The notes beneath the pieces were generated by a model that made no database searches, was not told the origin of the DNA, and was given only the letters and a program-made list of their open reading frames with translations. DNA of 64,000 bases from an uncultured Methanosarcinaceae archaeon (GTDB lineage: Archaea; Halobacteriota; Methanosarcinia; Methanosarcinales; Methanosarcinaceae), in NCBI GenBank assembly GCA_963727895.1, contig CAVSHT010000005.1, positions 128,001 to 192,000 on the forward strand, in the 5' to 3' direction. The translations under genes were made by a program, and so were the position numbers. This document shows, one piece after another, positions 46,460 through 56,775 of this stretch; positions within the stretch are counted from its first letter, which is position 1; each line of letters starts with the position of its first letter.

Positions 46460-46676
46460 GACATGAAAGTACGTGAGGAAATCTCCCTCATGTACTCTCC
46501 CCTTCCTTTTTTCCCATAATTGCGATTATTTCACTAATTATTTTGATACTCTCATCAATCGAGAAAGGTTCAATTTCAATAATTTTCCTTTTTTGATTTC
46601 ACCCTTCTGATAACCTGTTTCATCTTGGTACATCTCATCATTTGTTACAAGATGCCATATTATTGTTGCAATTTTT
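46460..46676 (-). mobile_element. IS110 3'-end remnant
   Basis: KIATIIWHLVTNDEMYQDETGY...GEST plus GTACTTTCATG end, homologous to 28100-28313. Confidence 0.88.
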
Positions 46677-46852
46677 GTATCCTCTTCAAATTGTATGGGT
46701 AAAAATAAATTTCATGTATTTGCTGAAAAGTTAAAAATTTAACCAAGTATAAGAAACAACCTCAAGCAATGCATTCAACTTTACAACTGTATGATAAAAT
46801 CGTTGCATATTTTTCGAGTTGGAAAATTCTCCATTGAATTTGAAGAGGATAC
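46677..46852. mobile_element. 176-bp MITE, copy A
   Basis: TIR GTATCCTCTTCAAAT; second copy at 52927-53102. Confidence 0.88.
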
Positions 46853-47127
46853 GTATTTTTCTATAAAACAGAAGAAAAGCGCGCCTTCCTTTGTGCCTGC
46901 TTGTTCTCCTGACTGAAAAATCCTGAACATATTCTTTTATAATTTTAGTAATAAGGATAGAAACGAAAACAGCACAACTGGCTAATGTAAACATTTAAAC
47001 ACCAGCCAGTTAGGATTTATTTTAGTTATATTTAACTTTTAACTATAATTATACGTTTTTACGAGTACCAATAGTTAGGGTGCAAATAATTAAACATCAG
47101 CTACTTAGAATTATTTTTTCCTCTGCT

Positions 47128-47514
47128 TTAGTGGTAGTATTTATTATAATTGTTGTAAAAATTGTGATAACCGCCGTACCAACCGTTATATTTTGAGTAC
47201 CAGCCATTATATTTTGCCAACCACAAAATATACATTTTGTACCAGTTGTCATAATTTTTGTCGTGTTTCTTGTGGTTCCATTCATTCTTTTGTCTGTCCC
47301 AATTGTTCTTTTGTTTGTTCCAATCGTTCTTTTGGCGATCCCAATTATTCTTTTGTTGGTTCCAATTATTTCTATCCCCAGTATTCTTCCCACCATTATT
47401 ATATGTATTATTCGGAGCTGCACTTACTGCTGCAACTGTCACTGACATTACAAAACAAAATGCCAGCAAAATTCCTAGTATCTTTCTCATTTTCAGCACT
47501 TTATTTACCCCCAT
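47128..47514 (-). CDS. Secreted low-complexity N/W/Y/K-rich repeat protein
   Basis: Signal peptide MRKILGILL...AAVSA; heptads NNWNQQK, NNWDRQK, NDWNKQK. Confidence 0.75.
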   Translation of the reverse strand: MGVNKVLKMRKILGILLAFCFVMSVTVAAVSAAPNNTYNNGGKNTGDRNNWNQQKNNWDRQKNDWNKQKNNWDRQKNEWNHKKHDKNYDNWYKMYILWLAKYNGWYSKYNGWYGGYHNFYNNYNKYYH

Positions 47515-47871
47515 ATATTTGCTGTTTGGATAGCCTTTCTTTATTGTCGTAAGTATCTCGCTGATTATTCGCAGCTTGACAATCCTAACATTAACCAGTT
47601 AAAATATAAACATACTTATATATAAAAATATATAAAAGTTTGACAATTACTAAAATGAGGATTTTTAAAAATTGAATTAATATATTAATTAATCTACGAG
47701 ACTTAATTAATAATTAAATGGTCAATAAAGGTTCATTCTTAAAACAAAGGTTTAAAATTTCTGGTTATTAATACTCAAAGATAAAGTAGTATATTCAAAT
47801 ATCACTTTTATATAGCTGTATATTTAAGAAAGAAGTTCATTCTAAGTTAATTTTATCTCCATAATTCATAG

Positions 47872-48107
47872 AATTCTGTTGCAAAAAATCTCCGAATAAG
47901 TATATAAACGTATGGATAATAAACAAAAATCAAAATATTCAAAAAGATGTGTCAATATTATCGAACTATTCCAAATAATTGATTAATATATTTAGCTTCA
48001 TTAAAGCCAGAGTTATTTAAATTATTGACTTGTCCTTTTTTAATCATATTCATTTTGGCTTCGGTAATTGAGTTTATGTGGATCTCTTAAAGTCCAGTCA
48101 ACATTTT
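47872..48107. mobile_element. Partial copy of the IS6-end non-autonomous element
   Basis: Aligns with 49781-50016. Confidence 0.75.
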
Positions 48108-48324
48108 ATGTAAAATGTTAGGTTATTTTGAGGAAAAAATACTAAATTTACTGCTATAATCCAGGTAACGAATACCAAAACTACATAAAACAAGCCTGAT
48201 AATTAAAAAAATTACAATATTAATAAAATGTTATTGTTCAATATGTGCTGGAAACAAATAGAAAAATTTAAGTCACTGTTTAACTTAACATTACAAAAGA
48301 ATAAAAATAGGAAGATATAAACTG

Positions 48325-49029
48325 ATGGATGTAGATCTCAAAAAAGAAATGGAATCTTTGAAAGGGTTCAAACTGGTATATGATTTAAAAATGTTGGGAA
48401 TTACACAACGAGTATTTATCTATAATTATCATTTTTTATGTGATTCTATAGATAAGTTTGAACAAGATATTGAATTATGTTTTTTAAATAATAGCTCCAA
48501 AAGTAACGAAATTACATTAGTTATTCTTTGTTTGCTTCATAATTATTTAGCTAGTGCTTTCACATTGGTAAATCACAGTAGAAAATTAAAGCAGCAATTA
48601 AATAATGAAAATGTAAATATGTTTTATGCTGAAGAAATTGAAGTTTTGAAAAATACTGAAGTAGTAGCTTTTGTGAAAGATTTTAGAAACTATGTTCAAC
48701 ATCGTTCATTACCAATATGCAATAGACGTGTGCAGCTCGAAAGAATTGAAGGAACAGATCAATGTTTACTAGATCACAAAATTTTATTGAATCGTGTAGA
48801 GTTATTAAAGTGGCGTAAAGGATCTAAATCAAAGTGGACATCAAAATCAAAAAAATATCTCAATCGTTTTGATAGTGATATTGATATTAAACAATTCTGC
48901 ACGGAATATTACAGTATTATTATTAAATTTAATAAGAATTTTTTTGAATTATTGTCTAAAGAATATGAAAATGAAATTAAGGAACTAAGAGATTTTCAAG
49001 AGCATGTAAGTGGTCAGTATCCAAGTTAA
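48325..49029 (+). CDS. Hypothetical protein with an HEPN-like RxxxxH motif
   Basis: RNYVQH; helical; very AT-rich. Confidence 0.6.
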   Translation: MDVDLKKEMESLKGFKLVYDLKMLGITQRVFIYNYHFLCDSIDKFEQDIELCFLNNSSKSNEITLVILCLLHNYLASAFTLVNHSRKLKQQLNNENVNMFYAEEIEVLKNTEVVAFVKDFRNYVQHRSLPICNRRVQLERIEGTDQCLLDHKILLNRVELLKWRKGSKSKWTSKSKKYLNRFDSDIDIKQFCTEYYSIIIKFNKNFFELLSKEYENEIKELRDFQEHVSGQYPS

Positions 49030-49361
49030 TATAGAGCTTGTTTCAAAACTACCATCAATCCTTTTATGCCAATTTTTTATTCTTTTCTATCTTTTTTATA
49101 AATTAATGTTGGGAATCTATTACGTTTTTTAGGCACTTGTTTTCTCATTGTAATTGTCTAAAATATTTACTTTTCTATTTGTTCTATGTAATTTTGTAAA
49201 CAAGTAAACACATATACATAAAGTATATGAAGTTTCAATTTCATATATAGAAGTAGGCAAATTGTATGCAAAAGTACGTTTTTGAAGATAGCTTCTACTT
49301 GCGATTACATGATATACGTTGCAAATTAGCATAAAAAAGTCGTTAAAATTGAGAGGTAATC

Positions 49362-49796
49362 ATGGTATCTGTGGGGGAAATTACTGCTGATGTGGGTCTA
49401 AAAATAGACGAGTCTAGTATTAGTTCCGCAGCATCCCTTTTTGAATCTGCCGAGGCATCCCTAACAGGATTAAACGCGGCTGCCATTGAAACTTCGGAAA
49501 CTATAAGTTCAAGTTTTTCAACTGGTTTAATGGGTGCAGATACTTCTATTGAAGAATTCTCATCCTCTTCCACATTAGCTTTTCAGGAAATTTCAGCATC
49601 TATTGATAGTACAATGTCTTCTTTTTCAGCTCTTGGAGAAGCTGGAGCATCAAGTTTTGAAAGTCTAGATAGTGCCATAACTGCAACTTCTGAACAATTA
49701 GCAACAATAGGGGAAGCTGGCACAGCAAGTCTTGAAGAGTTATCTGGGGCGATTGGGGCAACCTCCGAGGAACTTGCCACGGTTCCGTTGCAATAA
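49362..49796 (+). pseudogene. Tape-measure-like N-terminal fragment, cut by a MITE
   Basis: GAGGT RBS; MVSVGEITADVGL; 25-aa S/A/E repeats; the last codons VPLQ* come from the MITE TIR. Confidence 0.55.
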
Positions 49797-50259
49797 ATCT
49801 TAGAATAAGCCTGTAAATCTATGAATAATGAATAAAAGTTAAAATATTCAAAAAGATGTGTAAATATTATATAACTATTCCAAATAATTGATTAATATAT
49901 TTAGCTTCATTAAGACCAGAGTAATTTAGATTTTTGACTTGTCTCTTTTTAACCGTATTCGTTTTGGCCCCAATAATCAAGTTTATGCAGATCTCCTAAA
50001 ATCTAGTCAACATTTTGAACAAATGGTTTTTTTATGATATTACTTTAAAAAGAGACATAAGAACGTAATAGTAAAAAGTTCGTGTTTATTGCTTATTTCT
50101 GAGAAAAACGATAGTAAAACCTGCAAAATTTTTCCTAAAATCCGAACCTCCTAGCTCAAAAAAAGGTTCGTATCTTAAATTATCCTTAAAAATTAGATTT
50201 TTAGATCATTTACTGCATAACAGAGTTTACTTATGTCATATCATTTTTGTAACAGAATC
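49781..50259. mobile_element. ~480-bp IS6-end non-autonomous element
   Basis: GGTTCCGTTGCAA...TTTTTGTAACAGAATC; partial copies at 47872 and 52858. Confidence 0.7.
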
Positions 50260-50569
50260 CTTAACTTTCTACTTATTTCAATAAACCTCTCTCCTAATTT
50301 TTTACAACTAAACTATTTTGGCTGTGGTGGTGGCTGCAACGCACACGCACATGACTATATAGTATAATAGAGCACAGTGAAAAGTGTTTTAAGATAGCGA
50401 AAATGAAAAAGTGTTTATTATAATAGGTCAAATATAAGAATATTAAGGTTCATATCCAGAGACCTTCTTTTGATTGCGAAAAATAGATACAATTTACTTG
50501 AGCATTCATTATTCAACTATCGAAGTTCAGTGAAAATATGGAATTTCTTGGAAGTTTAATTGAGTGTTA

Positions 50570-50676
50570 CTGCAGGAGGTAAAGGGCGGGAGAAATTAAT
50601 CCGCCCAGGCTTGAATGAACAGGATGAATGATTAGCCCTGTCCAGATGTGGTTGAAGACCCCAACTGATTGGGTTC
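50570..50676 (-). ncRNA. Candidate sRNA with three hairpins and an anti-SD tail
   Basis: TTTAAATA box at 50699-50706; GC-rich hairpins; ACCTCCT. Confidence 0.6.
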
Positions 50677-51629
50677 AAATATATAATTAATTTAAAACTA
50701 TTTAAAGTTTATGAAGGAGTTTTTAATTTCGCTCTCGTTTAGCCATTTTTTGTTATATCCCATAATAATTCGTTTCATAAATAAAGCAACAATATAGCCA
50801 AAGTGTTTCCTTTTTCTCAATTTTTTCAGGAAAAACTAGGGTTTTTTGCAGACATTTAGGAGAAGAAGCAACATTATAAGACCACTGTTGCTTTTCTCTG
50901 ATTGGTTTGTTCTTAGAGGAGTTATCATTTTGATAACTCCTCTTTAGACTGTTAAGAAACAACAAATTGTCAATTTATTGTATATACAGCAAAACGTCTA
51001 ATTACTGTATATACAACGTAAAATAGGAGGATTTACTGAACAACGGTCAATAAATCACCATTAAACATCCGGATTTTGTCATAATAAAGGTATAAAAAAC
51101 GGTTTCAAAACAATAAACCTCTTGATAATGAAAAAATTAAAATAGTAAATGTAACAAAAAAGACGTTTTTTGAGATTTTGTACGTACCTTTGAATCGGGG
51201 AGGGGTATAAGTAGAGTTGAAAATAGATCACTTTGTTAAAACAGGTGAAAAACTTGAGAGAATAAACTAACTATAAATATATTTTAATTCTATATAACAG
51301 ATTCAAAATGTATATATGCATTCAGTTTTATTATATAATTCAGAGGTTTTTGTGCGTCCCTGCTTAGTCGATTTTCGAAAATCCCAAACATCTCAATATT
51401 CTGAAAACCTTTCCCAATGACGCACCACCTCTAGTATAATTCCAAAATGAGTCATCACCAGTTGCTTGTGGTTTGATTTCTTAATGTCTATTTTCTCAGC
51501 TGTCCATTTGTCAGATTTCTGACAAATGGAATTTTCACCACAATTTTTTAGAGAAATGTATCAAAAGTCTTCTGAGATCTAAAATAAACTGTAAAGGTTA
51601 CTGTAAAAAGTAATTGGGGTATTAAATTT

Positions 51630-51767
51630 ATGAATGAAAATGATTCCAAATGCAATAAAAAATCTCATTATGAAGAAAGTAACGTGCTCGCTCTTGCGTT
51701 ACTAGCTCTGCTTGTCTTATTTGCATTTAAGTACATTATTTATCCTGATATTGTCTTTTATATATAA
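51630..51767 (+). CDS. Small single-TM protein, 45 aa (not in the ORF track)
   Basis: GGGGT RBS; MNENDSKCNKKSHYEESNVLALALLALLVLFAFKYIIYPDIVFYI. Confidence 0.55.
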   Translation: MNENDSKCNKKSHYEESNVLALALLALLVLFAFKYIIYPDIVFYI

Positions 51768-51790
51768 GCCAACAATTTGTCAAAAAATAG

Positions 51791-51940
51791 GGTTCCGTTG
51801 CAAAAAATCAGAGCATTTTACAAAATTGTTGAAAACCTTCACAATAAGATACTTTTAGTGAGAAAATTTGGATTAAAATGACATTTAAAGGAAAGAAGAA
51901 TAACCTCAAAGTACAGAAAAATTATTTTTGCAACGGAACC
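51791..51940. mobile_element. 150-bp MITE with IS6-type ends
   Basis: Perfect 16-bp TIR GGTTCCGTTGCAAAAA. Confidence 0.88.
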
Positions 51941-52206
51941 GGAATATGATTATCCTGATATCAGAGAGTTGGTTAAAGATTATGGTTATACTGCCTACAT
52001 AAAGAGCCGGGGAGAAGAAAAAATAAGAATAGAGATTCCAGGGTTTAGAGCAAGAAGATGGGTTGTAGAAAGGACACATTCTTGGATAAACATATTCAGA
52101 AGACTCCTTATCAGATGGGAAAAGAAAATTGAGAATTATCTTGCTATGCTTTATTTAGCATGTGCATGCATAACATTCAGGGCATCAGGACTTTTCGGAT
52201 AAGCTC
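51941..52206 (+). mobile_element. IS5-family 3' remnant
   Basis: RWVVERTHSW...RWEK; end TTTTCGGATAAGCTC. Confidence 0.85.
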
Positions 52207-52294
52207 TTAGTATGAATTAAGCCTGTATATCCAGAAATTTGTATAAAGTCAATGGATTTATACCAAAAAAATGAGACTTGAAATCTATTTTGCT

Positions 52295-52702
52295 TCAAGC
52301 AGGAGCTTCCTTTTTCAGTATATAAGAAATCATTTCAGGATTGAGTTTGCTTTCCCTTGCAATCTTTTCTTCAATTTTTTCGGAAGGCGTACCCTCAGAT
52401 TTCAGTTCCCTTATTTTCTCAATAACTGAAGATGGGACGCTGTAGTATTCGTAAATATCTTTCCTGTGACCCCATACATCTCCTTCAATAAGCTGTATTT
52501 TTTGCATTTCAAAGAACATTTCTATAGATTTGGATACCGTACGCCTGTAAGATTTGGGTAATTGAATGACCTCAATTTTTGGGCAGGTTTCAACCAGTGC
52601 AAAAATGTCTTTGTTCGAAGGCCTGAAAGTCAGGTGAACAATACGTTCATTAGGGTTGAGAGTAAAAATTTCCTCTCTGGAACTAACTACTCTAATTTTC
52701 AT
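52295..52702 (-). CDS. DUF1699 family protein
   Basis: MKIRVVSSREEI...FRPSNKDI...GDVWGHRKD. Confidence 0.85.
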   Translation of the reverse strand: MKIRVVSSREEIFTLNPNERIVHLTFRPSNKDIFALVETCPKIEVIQLPKSYRRTVSKSIEMFFEMQKIQLIEGDVWGHRKDIYEYYSVPSSVIEKIRELKSEGTPSEKIEEKIARESKLNPEMISYILKKEAPA

Positions 52703-52926
52703 GTCTTTACCCCACTATAAAGTTTTTTTATTTTAATATAAATATAGTTAACTTACTATAAATATTTATCTCAATTAACTGACATTTTTCATACAGTATG
52801 ATGCAAAAAAATATATTCGACTCCCTTTTAAACTTCTTATACAGATAGAAATTTTTTGGTTTCGTTGTAAAAAAATCTCAAAATAAGCATGTAAATCTAT
52901 GAATGATAAACAAAAGTTAAAATATT

Positions 52927-53102
52927 GTATCCTCTTCAAATTATATGGGTAAAAGTAAATTTCATGTATCTGCTAAAAATTTAATAATTTAGCAAAGTAT
53001 AAGAAACAACCTCATGCAATGCATTCAACTTTACAACTGTATGATAAAATTGTTGCACATTTTTCGAGTTGGAAAATTCTCCATTGAATTTGAAGAGGAT
53101 AT
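52927..53102. mobile_element. 176-bp MITE, copy B
   Basis: Closely similar to 46677-46852. Confidence 0.88.
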
Positions 53103-53375
53103 GTCTTAAATGTCTTTTGATCTTCTTTTCGATTTCAGGTGAGTATTGATGTACTCATCTCATGATAGTACTGTAATCAACTTCTACTCTCCTTTCTGCC
53201 ATCATTTCCTTTAAATTTCGATAACTTAATGGATATTTTAAGTACCATCTGACATTCAATAAAATAATTTCACCCACAAAATGCTTCCATTTAAAGGGAT
53301 TAGATAGCATGTCAGTATCCTTTACTTCCCTTTTATTTGATTATATCCTTAACAGATATTTTTTGCAACGGGACC
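53103..53375 (-). mobile_element. IS6-family 5' remnant
   Basis: ATG 53310: FKWKHF..EIILL.VRWYLKYPLSYR...STIMR; IR GGTCCCGTTGCAAAAA. Confidence 0.85.
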
Positions 53376-54047
53376 GGATTGATGTTCAGTGATAACAGCA
53401 ATTGTTCAAGAGCTCCAAGATCCATTTTTGTTCTCCAAAATATGAATATGGGTAAATGGAACAACTAATATATTTTTTCTGTAATTGAAAACCCATTAAA
53501 TTTGAAGAGTATACGTAAATACAACTCTGTATCTCAGACAGCCTTTAACCTGTTATGGCTGTATAAACAATATGCGTCTACTTATTTTATACATTTATAC
53601 TTATTATCTCATTTTAGTGTCTTCTCTGCCAAAATCAGCATCAGTAGAAAAACATGTCTTGTTACCTATTACTAGTTAGACATGCGTCTGAGAGGACCAG
53701 ACAGACAGACAAAATTTGCCCTTTTTAGAGTAAAACATCTTAGTTTAAAAAATAGAAAACAGGAAAAAGTGGCAGTGCCGCAAATTTGCTGTAAATTTGA
53801 AGTCAAGTTTTTGTGTATTATGGGAAAATTGATCTTCTGATGTGGAATTTATTACTCAATAACTTCTTGAGATTTGTGATTTTACAGAACTTATGTTACA
53901 CTGTCGAAAAAGCCTGTTTAATTTATTATGCCTAAAAATATTAAATGTTCTTCATGCGTCTTCGGTTAAGTGAGAAATCGGGCAGTGTGCCGAAAGTCCT
54001 GTAAATTCAAAGTCTAATGTCTATATATTCACAGATATGTTGGTTTA

Positions 54048-54581
54048 ATGCATAGGTTTTACCACAAAACCTATGAATTAATGAATATCAGATTTCACAG
54101 AACCTTTGGCACACTACCAAGATTTTGCACCACAACTCAAAAAAGAGCTTATTCGAGAGCAAGAGCCATTAAAACGAGAATTGAAACATCACCAGATACA
54201 TATACTATTAACATGCATAGTATATTTGAGGGTATTAGTATGGTTAATGAAATTATAGACTTCGAACCATTTACTCTTAATGATCGTGATGCTGTTCTTA
54301 ATATGATTAAAACAACTCACATTTCAGAAAATTATAAAAGTGGTCTAGTTAATACAGCGAATTGGATGTTTGATGATATCGTTTACTTAGAAATAAATAC
54401 GATTGATTCTGCAAAAAAAGCATTGTGTGAAGCAGAACAGCGACTTATGGATGCTAGAGTCGGCGCATCAGAAGAGGATTTGAAGAAAGCCGAATTTTTA
54501 GAACAGACAATGCTTAATAGATTAAAACATCGCCTTGTAAGAACAATCGAGGGCGCTTGTCCAGATTGCATTGATTGGTGA
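54048..54581 (+). CDS. Hypothetical protein (start uncertain)
   Basis: 177-aa ORF with C-terminal CPDC. Confidence 0.55.
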   Translation: MHRFYHKTYELMNIRFHRTFGTLPRFCTTTQKRAYSRARAIKTRIETSPDTYTINMHSIFEGISMVNEIIDFEPFTLNDRDAVLNMIKTTHISENYKSGLVNTANWMFDDIVYLEINTIDSAKKALCEAEQRLMDARVGASEEDLKKAEFLEQTMLNRLKHRLVRTIEGACPDCIDW

Positions 54582-54590
54582 CCTTAACTC

Positions 54591-54883
54591 GGCCCAATGG
54601 GAGCATAACTGTCATCAAGTGCAAAGTAACTTATAATTAACTAGCAAAAAGCTCAATTGAATCCGCTTTTCCTTATCAAGTTAAAAATCCATATGGATTA
54701 ATGCGGCTATAAATCAGTGTTATAAAGGCCTGAAGTCACCTTGCGTTAGTAGCATATTGTCATAATAAGAAATTTTTTGATACATGTAAAATTGACACTA
54801 CTAGCTTCTGATCCTTATTTTCGAGTATGTTTATTATGTGTAAACTACTTTGCACTTGGTAGCAGCTATGCTCCCATTAGGCC
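54591..54883. mobile_element. 293-bp MITE-like element with ~38-bp imperfect TIR
   Basis: GGCCCAATGGGAGCATAACTGTCATCAAGTGCAAAGTA versus its inverted copy ending at 54883. Confidence 0.75.
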
Positions 54884-54922
54884 TATTAGGCATTGGCTAA
54901 AATACCCAAATTGCACAATGAT

Positions 54923-55360
54923 CTAAACGCCGCTTTCACTTTTGAGGTAACGTTCTGCGTATACCCGTGCGTCAATCGCTTCCAGCACTGCCACTTCGGC
55001 ATCGTCAATTGCCATCATGGCAAAATCGATGGCAGCCTTGGCATACGCCTCCGCATCATCCGCCCGTCGTGTTGCTTGCTTGACTTCTTTAGCTTCTTTT
55101 TCGGTTTTAATTTTGTTCTTGATGTGCTGAACACTCTGATGATAATCTTTCTGGAGTTCTTGCCAATGCATATACGTTGCTTCATGTCGCTTTTTGACGT
55201 CAGCTTTGAACGATTCCTGCCTTGCTTCAGCATCTGCTTTTGATTTCTGGATCGAGGCTTCTATCTTTTCCTTGGATGCTTGTTCGGCGGCTGCGACTTT
55301 CTTTTCTGCATCCACCACATGGTCCGCGAGCTCTTGCAAATCATCGGATAGCTTTTTCAT
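54923..55360 (-). CDS. Hypothetical helical protein, GC-richer than its flanks
   Basis: 145-aa A/E/K-rich ORF with GAGGA RBS. Confidence 0.75.
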   Translation of the reverse strand: MKKLSDDLQELADHVVDAEKKVAAAEQASKEKIEASIQKSKADAEARQESFKADVKKRHEATYMHWQELQKDYHQSVQHIKNKIKTEKEAKEVKQATRRADDAEAYAKAAIDFAMMAIDDAEVAVLEAIDARVYAERYLKSESGV

Positions 55361-56429
55361 GATTCATTCCTCTATTCTTTGTTCTTTGCATGCGACTTAT
55401 TTTCGATAATAGACTATCTCCGTGTATTAATTTAGTATAGTTTTATAAAAACAATCATATAATAAGGCTGGAGAAACATAGTTAAGAACAGGAATTCGGT
55501 TGTTTGAGTTATGAATATATGAAAAAAATTGAAACGAGTTTCAAGGCGAAATTATTTCAGGATCAAGTATTTTTGGCAGTGTAGCGAAAGTTCTGTAAAT
55601 TTGCCTTCTAGTTTATCCAGAGGTTTTACCATGAAGCTTATGGATAAACTACGAAGCAAATTTACAGAAAACTTAGCATACTACTCGATCATTAAATGGA
55701 CTTTTTTAATTTTTCCTTACATCGTATGTTTTTTCAAAGCCGTTACATAGTCTTTGGAATGGATATTAACGAAAACACATTTGTCATTTTAGAAGGCTTG
55801 CCTAAGTTTTATTTTTCCACACGAAACAAAGGTAAAAGTGAAGTCAGTATATAAATAGAGTATTACAAATTATTAATTATTTCTTACTAATAGTGTTAAT
55901 GAGATAAAATGTAATTCCAATTGAAGTTTTCAAGATTTTAATCCATTTTTGAACTGGTATATTTCCATTGCATCCACTGTATCCTGTGCAAAAAAGTTAA
56001 TTTGTCTGTGGATACCAATATTCACTAGATATATTACCTGGACTTAACTCGACTATTTCAGACTAGACAGTTATTCCAATTGCAGTTATCGTAAAAGTCA
56101 ATATTTCTGAAAACCAATTTAGAAGTAGATGGTAGGGTTTTAAGTCCCTATTCTCAAATCCCTACCTACGATCCAACCCAAAATTAAGAGGAAACCCTAT
56201 TTCTCTTAATCTACTTATTTATATTATCACGGTTATATATATCATAATTGATATCAAAAATTGTGTCTAAACAAAATATAATTCAACACATTATATTTTA
56301 ACGCTATTATAAATTTCAATATAATAAAATAATTTTATAATATTGAAATTTTAAATTGAAACCAGTTTTTGATATAATTTATTTAATATAATTTATGCTA
56401 TTACTATGTGATGGAGTTGGAAAATAGAA

Positions 56430-56570
56430 CGGGGTGTTAGGGGACACCAATAAAATAAAAGAATCGCCTGGAGGTCGCTGATTCCTCTTCGAATTAATAT
56501 GTTTGGGGGAGCATAATATTTCGAAGAAACTGTATCGGGGGCTACAGTAGACACAGTACCTCCGGGATCT
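56430..56570 (+). ncRNA. Candidate multi-hairpin RNA or leader with G-rich loops
   Basis: Four consecutive hairpins; G-U pairs favour the + strand. Confidence 0.55.
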
Positions 56571-56634
56571 TTCTTACACTACACATTCTGAGAAATTATC
56601 CAATTTAAATTTCAAAATTTAGAAGGTATTATTC

Positions 56635-56775
56635 ATGAAACATCTAAAAATATGTCCAAAATGTCATTCTAACCTTAAATTACATTTAGACGGTGAGACT
56701 CAGTATTGTAATATTTGTAAGTACTGGACAAAAGCAGGTACTGCAAGACTTGATTCAATAATGATTTATGGATGA
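56635..56775 (+). CDS. 46-aa Zn-ribbon microprotein (not in the ORF track)
   Basis: GAAGGT RBS; MKHLKICPKCHSNLKLHLDGETQYCNICKYWTKAGTARLDSIMIYG. Confidence 0.72.
   Translation: MKHLKICPKCHSNLKLHLDGETQYCNICKYWTKAGTARLDSIMIYG

Noticed and set aside
50312..50368. GCGGGCNAHA resembling a SPASM motif
   Set aside because: Too short, no start, no supporting flanking similarity
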